From contig OZ243956.1 of assembly GCA_965214405.1 (NCBI GenBank), positions 3,552,001 to 3,616,000 on the forward strand: DNA of 64,000 bases, in the 5' to 3' direction. Shown here piece after piece: positions 51,936 through 64,000 of the stretch. Position 1 is the first letter of the stretch. Every line of letters begins with the position of its first letter. Both the position numbers and the translations under genes were made by a program. The DNA is from Trueperaceae bacterium (GTDB taxonomy: Bacteria; Deinococcota; Deinococci; Deinococcales; Trueperaceae). The notes beneath the pieces are model-generated. The model made no database searches. It was given only the letters and a program-made list of their open reading frames with translations, and was not told the origin of the DNA.

Positions 51936-53312
51936 GGGTGCAACATTTCCTACGGGGATAAAGCAGCAAGGGAAAAGGCGTTGAAGCGTAAGGTGTCAAA
52001 GTCAATGAGCGGATGCTTGGCACAAGTTTGGGCTCTTAAGGAGGCCATGCCAGCGGCGCCCGTTTCAGACCAACGCATACCGCTTCTTTTCAGGCGGTTT
52101 CCGATAACGCTTTTGTTCATCCCTTCAACTTGACCGGAGCCGATGGGGTAGCCTTCGGCTTTGTAAAGGGGGTAGTCCATAGAGTCGAGGCGTTTCTCAA
52201 GGTAGTGAAGAGCTGTGACGGCCTTCTCGCTCCAGGTGAGCCAGCATTCAGGGCTGGGTAGATGCTGTTTAAGCCAGTCCCGAGCGGAGATATCAGCCCT
52301 GTACCAGTCTCGCCTGTGAGAAGCGCGCGTTTGTTCATCCCAGTCCATAGCTTGCATGACAAGGTCGAGATACTCAGCGGCGTGATAAACATCGGTAATT
52401 CTCAGCGCGCCTAAGTAGCTAAAGATGGTGTCAATCCAAGCTGCGCCGTCGCCTAAGCCGATAAGGGTGTCTTGGGGCGTGAGCTTGGCTTCCGTAAGTA
52501 GACCGGCCAGCAGGGGTAAGAACGCCTCTGCCGAACATCTGTCGGCTAGCATCCACCTCTCGCCGGGGCTGTTTTGTGGATAAAGCACGGCTGACTTTAT
52601 CTCTAGGCCGGGGCAACAACCCGCTTCAGGCTGAGCCAACACGTACACGCCGTCAACCTGCAAAACCATCACGCGGCCTGCCGACTTCATTGACTGGGGT
52701 CGGGTTTCCTCGCACACCTTGTCCGTTTTGCCCTCTGCGCCTTGAAGCCGCTTCAACACCTCGCTTTGGCAGCTCTCGGCACAAGCCGCGCTCATGTCGT
52801 TGAGCAAGAAACGACTGGCGTCAAGACCGAAGCACTGTGCCACAGCCGCGGCCTCTTCATAGGGTAAGCGTGTGCCCAAGTCAACCAGACGCACCAAAGC
52901 TTCAGGACTCCAGCCTGATTCGTCCAACGCCGCATCGAGATAGATTTGCCGCTGCTTACCGGCTTTAGTTTTCAGACGTTGAACTAAAACTTCGACTCGG
53001 CCCCAGCTTGTACTGACATAACTCCAACCGACGCCGTTGCGCCAGTAGCCTTTAGGTACTTCTTTCTTCTCCGGGGGAAAAATCTTTAGAAGCCGCCAAA
53101 CCTTCTAAGGTACTCCGCATGATCTCGGGCGAAAACTTCATTACCGCCCTTTCCATATCCGCAAAGTTGGCGTTCGGCGGCAGGGTCGCCTTTATGTCCT
53201 CGATATACCTCTCGAATGCCGCCCTTGCTTTCTCTTCCCAGCCTGGCTTGTCCATGCGCCAGTTTACTTCCCCTATAGCTCCTTTTCTATCCCCTTTAGC
53301 AATGTTGCACCC
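51936..53312 (-). mobile_element. Related but diverged ISKra4/ISLre2-type IS, 1377 bp
   Basis: Perfect 12-bp TIR GGGTGCAACATT. ORF1 53255-53052 and ORF2 to 51950 carry DG, GDGA, DVYH and GSGQVE. Confidence 0.92.
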
Positions 53313-53336
53313 GATTAAACGTCTGTTCATGGGGGG

Positions 53337-53366
53337 TTGACATACCCCGAGGAAAAGAGTTACACT
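53337..53366 (+). promoter_or_regulatory. Sigma-A promoter of the 23S operon
   Basis: TTGACA-N18-TACACT, about 190 nt before the 23S gene, followed by a GC-rich hairpin. Confidence 0.7.
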
Positions 53367-53556
53367 TCTTTTTGCCGCCCAAAAAGGCGGCGAGCACAAT
53401 GACAGGCGAATAGAAGTGATGAAGCATCCAAACGCGAGTCTCGTTTTATTACGAGAAAACGCGTGTCTGAATAGCTTTTACTGATTCAGTGGTGTTCTTA
53501 GGGACACTGCTTGAGATAGGGGTACACCATAAGCAATTATGGATGATACCCATAAA

Positions 53557-56481
<2,925 letters not shown>

Positions 56482-56540
56482 TTTGGACTCATACGAACGT
56501 TCAGACGCTTTATCACTTCTATTCACTGTCTTATTTTTTC

Positions 56541-56659
<119 letters not shown>

Positions 56660-56752
56660 TTTATTTTGATTGAGGTGGGGTATCATCTTTCGGGTGATAC
56701 CTCTTCTTTATGGCCTGTGGTATTATATTTGTTGAGAGATGATACCTCTCCC

Positions 56753-56828
<76 letters not shown>

Positions 56829-56834
56829 AACCAT

Positions 56835-56871
56835 AATAGAAACTCCATCGAATGTGGAGTTTCTATTTTTT
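56835..56871 (+). terminator. rRNA operon terminator
   Basis: AATAGAAACTCCA-N7-TGGAGTTTCTATT plus a T run. Confidence 0.85.
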
Positions 56872-57043
56872 GTGCGTCTACAATTACCCGTACTGAATTT
56901 GCACATAAAGCCCATAAAAAGCCGTGAATATGCTCCGGGCTGAGATTTGTTGTTGACATCGTTGAACGCTACGTTTTTCACCTACAACAACTATGTCATT
57001 TTACTGTCAGCTTCTGAAAAGTTCTGCTATGGTGTTTTTACAT

Positions 57044-57742
57044 ATGTCTCTTTATACCCCTGCGCGCGTGTTGAAGACTTTGCTTACTCTGACTGCTTTC
57101 TTTGGGTTCGTTAATCTTGTGCTAATAACAATTCAGGACAGGACAGGAGGCGAAATGCTTCCTTATTCTTATCTACTTCATCTCAACGGTGAAAATACCA
57201 TCCCGAGCTGGCTCTCTACGCTGCTTTTGGCGGCAGCGGCAAACTTGCTTTGGCTTATATCTATGTTATCTGCCTATCCTGTTTTGCACTGGCGGTTCCT
57301 GAGCTTCCTCTTTTTCGGGTTATCGCTTGACGAAGCCGTTTCTATTCACGAAAGATTTAACACGCTCTCTCGACTGGGCGGGCCTCTCGGTTCACCAGGT
57401 ATTTTGTACTACTCTTGGGTTCTGGTGGCATTTCCGCTGTTGGGTATTCCTGCCCTTTTTTATAGCCGTTTTCTCCTGCACTTGCCAGCCAGAACGCGCA
57501 CGCTCTTTCTGCTTTCGGCGTTTCTTTACGTCGGAGGAGCCGTGGGTATGGAGATGGTAGGGGGGCTTACTATTTTGGCAGATGGCTGGAACGTTCGTTA
57601 CGAGCTTGCTACCGTGGTGGAGGAGATGCTCGAGCTTTCCGGCGTGAGCCTCTTTATTTACGCGTTGCTTCTCTACTTGCACCCCCTTCTGCAACACGTA
57701 TCAATGGAGCCACAAAGCAGCCGACTTACACATATAAAGTAG
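57044..57742 (+). CDS. Conserved membrane protein of unknown function
   Basis: About 7 TM helices with E.TIPSW.S, SLDE...IHE and EE.LE..G motifs. Confidence 0.8.
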   Translation: MSLYTPARVLKTLLTLTAFFGFVNLVLITIQDRTGGEMLPYSYLLHLNGENTIPSWLSTLLLAAAANLLWLISMLSAYPVLHWRFLSFLFFGLSLDEAVSIHERFNTLSRLGGPLGSPGILYYSWVLVAFPLLGIPALFYSRFLLHLPARTRTLFLLSAFLYVGGAVGMEMVGGLTILADGWNVRYELATVVEEMLELSGVSLFIYALLLYLHPLLQHVSMEPQSSRLTHIK

Positions 57743-58100
57743 ATCTTAACATTCTCCTGTGTAGTGCAGGTTATGCGCGCAGTGTAGACACCAAGCTCTA
57801 GTGCAGAAACACGGTGATGTATCTACGAGTAGCTTCCGAAGCGCCTATTTTCCAAGCTCCATCTTCTGAACCAAAGTCGCCTGCACTGCTGCCGCAACCT
57901 CTATCTATTTTAGTTTTTGTCAGGATTGCACCTCAAGACAGCGGTCGGCCTTTAAGGCCGACCGCTCCGCCGCCACCCGGTCAATCCGGGAGGTGCGCCC
58001 CTCTCGCCTTAAATGACAGTAGTTGCCCCAACTTAGCCACAACGCGGAAGTTAATTCAGTTTTCTTACTTTGGGAGTATCATGTCGAGAAAGGGGACCTG

Positions 58101-59054
58101 GTGAACCGTACCGATAGGCTTCTGGCGATGGTGCTCGAGCTGCAAGGCCGCGACCGCGTGACCGCCGAAGAACTCGCCCGCACCTTTGAAGTCACCAAGC
58201 GCACCATCTACCGCGATATTGGGGCGCTGAACGCGTCGGGTGTACCCGTCGTCTCGGCAGCGGGACAAGGGTACTGGCTGATGGAAGGCTACTTTTTGCC
58301 GCCCGTGTCGCTGAGTCCTGACGAGGCCATCATGCTCGTTTTGGGGGGTGAAGTGATGGCGCAGAGTTTTGACGCGCAGTACCAAGAGGCGGCGAAGTCG
58401 GCGAGTCGCAAGATAGAAGCTCTCCTGAGTCGAGATGTTCAAAAAGAAGTGGTGTATCTCAAGGAGAACATTCGTTTTATCGGCCCGGACAGCAAAGTTC
58501 TCTCCGATGTGCCCAGCGCGTTGCAGGGGGTGCGCCGGGCGATTCTCGAGCAAAAAAGCCTCCACCTGCACTACTTCAAACGCGCGGGCGGCTACCGGGG
58601 CGAGCTGACCGAGCGCACGGTCGACCCGCACGGGCTCGTTCACTTCAGAGGGGCTTGGCTGCTCTCGGCTTACTGCCACATGCGTAAAGCCATGCGGATG
58701 TTCAGGCTCGAGCGCATCCGACAAATCACTGTTTTACCCAAAACCTTCACGCGACAAGCGGATTTCAGCGTTTACAAGCTGCATGAGCCGCAGGCGCAGA
58801 CGGTGACGGTGGACCTGCTTTTCGACGGCGAGGTGGCTCAGTGGGTGCGGGAGCGGCCCGCGTTTTATAGCGGCACCTACGAAGACACGCCCGAAGGTCT
58901 CAGAGTGACGCTGAGCGTCGAGCATCCCGACAAACTATTGTCCTGGCTCCTCAGTTGGGGCGCGAAGGTGCGGGTGCTCGGCCCTGAGAGCCTTAAAAAG
59001 CGGGTGCGGGAAGAACTGGGGGGGATGCTCGAGGGCTACTCAAGCGCATACTGA
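58101..59054 (+). CDS. YafY-family HTH-WYL-WCX transcriptional regulator
   Basis: NRTDRLLA, TAEELARTFEVTKRTIYRDI, RTVDP..L, WLLSAYC..R...R.FRLERI and WLLSWG. Confidence 0.95.
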   Translation: MNRTDRLLAMVLELQGRDRVTAEELARTFEVTKRTIYRDIGALNASGVPVVSAAGQGYWLMEGYFLPPVSLSPDEAIMLVLGGEVMAQSFDAQYQEAAKSASRKIEALLSRDVQKEVVYLKENIRFIGPDSKVLSDVPSALQGVRRAILEQKSLHLHYFKRAGGYRGELTERTVDPHGLVHFRGAWLLSAYCHMRKAMRMFRLERIRQITVLPKTFTRQADFSVYKLHEPQAQTVTVDLLFDGEVAQWVRERPAFYSGTYEDTPEGLRVTLSVEHPDKLLSWLLSWGAKVRVLGPESLKKRVREELGGMLEGYSSAY

Positions 59055-59067
59055 CATAAGGGTGTCA
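59052..59067. promoter_or_regulatory. Palindrome TGACA-N6-TGTCA, putative WYL-regulator operator
   Basis: Overlaps the regulator's stop codon, about 80 nt upstream of the VOC gene. Confidence 0.5.
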
Positions 59068-59145
59068 CTCGCATACCCTAAATTTAGGGGTAGATGGGAC
59101 ACCGGCTAGCCAGCCAAAACTTTTGTCCCGTCACGGAGGTTCAAT

Positions 59146-59511
59146 ATGGCAAGCGCACTCAACTGGTTTGACATTCCTGTCACCGACATGAACCGGGCAA
59201 AAGCGTTTTACGGCGCGCTGTTAGGCGGCGAGCTAACGGTGGAGGCGGTGGGTGAGGAGGGCGCGATGGCGGTCTTGCCCTATCAAAACGGGGTCGGCGG
59301 GGCGCTGATGCAGGGCGACACCTACACGCCGAGTAGAGAAGGCAGCGTCATCTACCTGAACGGTGGTGACGACTTGAGCGTGCCTCTTGGCAAGGTTGAG
59401 GCGGCAGGGGGTAAAGTTCTGGCGGACAGAATGAGCATCGGTAAGAACGGCTTTATTGCCTTTTTCTTGGATACCGAAGGCAACAAAGTTGGCCTACACT
59501 CTGCGGGTTAA
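59146..59511 (+). CDS. VOC/glyoxalase-family protein
   Basis: NWFDIPV.D..RAKAFY, VEAAGGKV and FLDTEGN. Confidence 0.92.
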   Translation: MASALNWFDIPVTDMNRAKAFYGALLGGELTVEAVGEEGAMAVLPYQNGVGGALMQGDTYTPSREGSVIYLNGGDDLSVPLGKVEAAGGKVLADRMSIGKNGFIAFFLDTEGNKVGLHSAG

Positions 59512-59595
59512 ACCATCCCTAAAAAGAGTGCCCGCAGTCTCTTGAGGGTGACGAGGGGGCGGGATGTCGGCTAAGCGTCAAACCCAGAACATGAA

Positions 59596-59624
59596 AAAGC
59601 GAGCCCTCCACGAGGGCTCGCTTT
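59596..59624. terminator. Bidirectional terminator
   Basis: AAAGCGAGCCCTC-CAC-GAGGGCTCGCTTT between convergent genes. Confidence 0.8.
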
Positions 59625-59641
59625 GCGAAAAATCTACACGT

Positions 59642-59794
59642 TTACCACTGGCGGTAGCATCGCGTTACCACTGGCGGTAGCATCGCGTTACCACTGGCGG
59701 TAGCATCGCGTTACCACTGGCGGTAGCATCGCGTTACCACTGGCGGTAGCATCGCGTTACTGCTGGCGGTAGCATCGCGTTACTGCTGGCGGTA
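59642..59794. repeat. Spacerless 23-bp tandem repeat, six full units plus a 15-bp partial
   Basis: TTACCACTGGCGGTAGCATCGCG x5 and TTACTGCTGGCGGTAGCATCGCG x1; the partial copy is the 3' end of the BMP gene. Confidence 0.95.
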
Positions 59795-60925
59795 ATCCGT
59801 CACCGTGATGTCACCGTTTACAATTTGCTGCGTGACGGTCTCGAGCTCACTCACCAGCTCTTGCGGGATGAGCGCCTGGTTGTAATCATCAAGCGCGTAA
59901 CCCACGCCGTCCTCGGCGAGTCCTAAACTCTGAACGCCGCCCTCGAAGGTGCCCTTAACAACGTTGTCAACCGCGTTGGCCGCGGCCACGTCCACGCGCT
60001 TGAGCATACTGGTGAGGCCGAAGTTGAGCGTCGCCGGGTCCCCGTCGGTGTCACCCAGCGGGTTCTGGTTCGAGTCGACGCCGATAAAGAACAGCGGCTG
60101 GTCGCTTTCGCTACACGCGCTCGAGTAGTTGGCAGGCTTACTGATACCTGCAACCGCGCTCGTCAGGGGCGTTTCGCGCGCGGTCGCGCCGCTCGGCAAA
60201 CTCGCCGGGCTGTAGCACATCGTCTCGGTTACAAAGTCGATGACCCCGTTGCCCGACGCGCCCGCCGCCGCGTAGATAACGTCCGCGCCCTGCGCTTGCT
60301 GGATGGTGGCAAGCTCTTTGGCCCGCGCGGGGTCGTTCCAGGCCGCGGGCGTCGAGCCGATAAAGTTTTGAATCACCGTGCAGTCGGGGCAGGCGGCCCT
60401 GGCACCCTGCTCGTAGCCGGAGCCAAAGGCGCGAATGAGGGGAATGTCCATCCCGCCGACAAAGCCGACCACGCCCGTTTGGGAGAGCGTGCCCGCGATG
60501 TAGCCGACCAAAAAGGAGCCCTCGTGCTCACGGAAGCCCACGTAAAGCGTGTTGGGGTTGGGCGTTTCGTTAAAGCCGTCGATGTTGACGAAGTAGGTGT
60601 CGGGAAATTCGCTCGAGATGCTCTGAATCGCGTCGGCCTGCGAGAATCCTGGGGCCACCACCAGTTCGGCCCCCTGTTGGGCCATGCTGCGCAGACCTTG
60701 CGCGAAGGTGTCGGGTGAGCCCTCGAACTCCAAAAGCTCGATGTCTAAACTCTGGCTCTGCTCCAGGCCCTCGATCTCGCCGCTCATGCCGCGCCAGGTG
60801 CCCTCGTTAAACGACCTGTCGAACTTGCCGCCCGCGTCGAAGTTGATGCCCATGACGTAATCTTGCGCCGTCGCCAGCCCCAGTGTCAGGCCCAGCGCAA
60901 GGGTAAGTAGAAGCGTTTTACGCAT
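59780..60925 (-). CDS. BMP-family ABC substrate-binding protein (nucleoside-type)
   Basis: GGKFDRSFN, F.EHEGSFLVG, GFVGGMDIP, AAAGASG, IGVDSNQ and SMLKRVD. Confidence 0.93.
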   Translation of the reverse strand: MRKTLLLTLALGLTLGLATAQDYVMGINFDAGGKFDRSFNEGTWRGMSGEIEGLEQSQSLDIELLEFEGSPDTFAQGLRSMAQQGAELVVAPGFSQADAIQSISSEFPDTYFVNIDGFNETPNPNTLYVGFREHEGSFLVGYIAGTLSQTGVVGFVGGMDIPLIRAFGSGYEQGARAACPDCTVIQNFIGSTPAAWNDPARAKELATIQQAQGADVIYAAAGASGNGVIDFVTETMCYSPASLPSGATARETPLTSAVAGISKPANYSSACSESDQPLFFIGVDSNQNPLGDTDGDPATLNFGLTSMLKRVDVAAANAVDNVVKGTFEGGVQSLGLAEDGVGYALDDYNQALIPQELVSELETVTQQIVNGDITVTDYRQQ

Positions 60926-61130
60926 CGTTCCTCCTTAGAAATGTTGTTGCCCTCTCCGGATTTGTGCCCGGAAAGAGTATAGCACGGGGCTCGCGCCTCC
61001 TCCCGTTCCCCTTGAGGCGTCTAAAGAAATGATGAAGTGTTGAGACTGGGTTATGGCTGCTCGAGCCTCGCCCGCGCGGTGGCGGCTCGGCGTCGCCCTC
61101 CAAAAGTCCGCTTCCTTGTAAACTTAGGAC

Positions 61131-61556
61131 GTGTCGACCAATCATAAACCCCATCCCAAATATAAGCCTCAGCGAAAAGACACGCCCATCCGCGACTTCG
61201 GTCTCATCGTCCGGCGCTTTTTCTCCACCACCTTTGGCGGGCGTTGCCCCGTTTGTGCCGAAGGGCGCGTTGCTAAAAACTGGTTTCAAAATTTTGATAA
61301 GTGCGACCGCTGCGGCGCGCGTTTTGAGCGCGGCGACTGGGGCAACTGGCTTATTGCGGCGGTGCTCAACTATTTTATCAACGCGGTTGTCTTGATAGGG
61401 ACCGCTATTTTGCTCGTGCTCAGGTGGGGCTTTTTTCCGGGGCTGACCGCGCTTCTGGTGGGCGTAGCCGTCGTGACGGCCTTGCTCATCTACCGCCCGG
61501 TCAAGTCGCTCGCGGTGTGGATGGTGTGGGTTTTGGGGTTTATCTATCCGGACTGA
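61131..61556 (+). CDS. DUF983-like membrane protein
   Basis: CPVCAEG...CDRCG zinc motif plus two TM helices; leaderless TAAACT-N6-GTG. Confidence 0.8.
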   Translation: MSTNHKPHPKYKPQRKDTPIRDFGLIVRRFFSTTFGGRCPVCAEGRVAKNWFQNFDKCDRCGARFERGDWGNWLIAAVLNYFINAVVLIGTAILLVLRWGFFPGLTALLVGVAVVTALLIYRPVKSLAVWMVWVLGFIYPD

Positions 61557-61939
61557 ACCGGCTCTGGTACCCCTTGCGCCACAAAGCGAGAACTCAACCC
61601 GCGCTGAAGGAGAGACGACACGAGCGCGTTGAGGCTTACCCCCTTCTCCTGCGCCCTTTCGGTAAGCTCACGGTGCAAGCTCTTGGGCACCCTCACGTTG
61701 AACTTGCCGCTGTAGTCCTTTGCGCCATGCGGTTCGGGGACGGGGTAGTCGCCGTGCTCTAAGTGGGACTCGAGCATAAGCTCCTTGCTGACGTTCGCTT
61801 CTTCTACCGCTTCTTCGATCGTGGGGGCGTCGCCGTGCGCGCCTAACTCGGGATACTGCGCGTAGTAGCCGCCCTCTTTCAGCGGAACGATGACGAGCTT
61901 GTAGGGTAAGTTTAGGTAATCGCTGATACCTTTGTTCAT
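61544..61939 (-). CDS. hicB: HicB-family antitoxin (no intact hicA adjacent)
   Basis: YLNLPY, GYYAQYPEL, PVPEP and YSGKFNVRVPKSLHRELT..A...GVSLN. Confidence 0.9.
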   Translation of the reverse strand: MNKGISDYLNLPYKLVIVPLKEGGYYAQYPELGAHGDAPTIEEAVEEANVSKELMLESHLEHGDYPVPEPHGAKDYSGKFNVRVPKSLHRELTERAQEKGVSLNALVSSLLQRGLSSRFVAQGVPEPVQSG

Positions 61940-61995
61940 GTCTCCTCAATTATCTCACACACGTGTTCATTAATGGTACCCGGCACGGGGTGTAA

Positions 61996-64000
<2,005 letters not shown>

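Noticed and set aside
59642..59794. CRISPR array
   Set aside because: Units are head-to-tail with no spacers, derive from the adjacent gene end, and no cas genes are in the window.

Overview
High-GC (roughly 60-65%) bacterial chromosome segment, most consistent with Deinococcota (Truepera-like). The supporting signs are a 23S-5S-tRNA-Gly operon without 16S, many leaderless -10/start arrangements and the gene content. Most of the window is housekeeping or accessory genes: an ABC transporter, chrA, a type III PKS cluster, DNA repair enzymes, ychF, rimO, folC, glcDEF, dxr and ligA. It also holds two complete type II TA pairs, an orphan hicB, three ISKra4/ISLre2-type (Mutator-like DDE) IS elements and many gene remnants. 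Main observations: (1) about 23 kb (23778-46746) is inverted between two apparently identical, oppositely oriented IS copies. A 9-bp target duplication is split between the two copies, and a lipoprotein gene rejoins in frame when the segment is flipped back. (2) The palindrome CTCGAG is roughly tenfold over-represented in native DNA, HIP1-like, and I saw none in the IS elements, the rRNA or the 1.6-kb low-GC gene. (3) Both IS types keep a T4-5C5-6 +1 frameshift site. (4) The third IS sits just upstream of the rRNA promoter with an odd triple 9-mer footprint. (5) A low-GC 546-aa gene with a HEPN-like motif is tucked behind higBA and is a candidate defence module. (6) A stand-alone Sak4/AAA_24-like ATPase occurs outside any prophage. 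All calls come from reading the sequence by eye; no searches were run.
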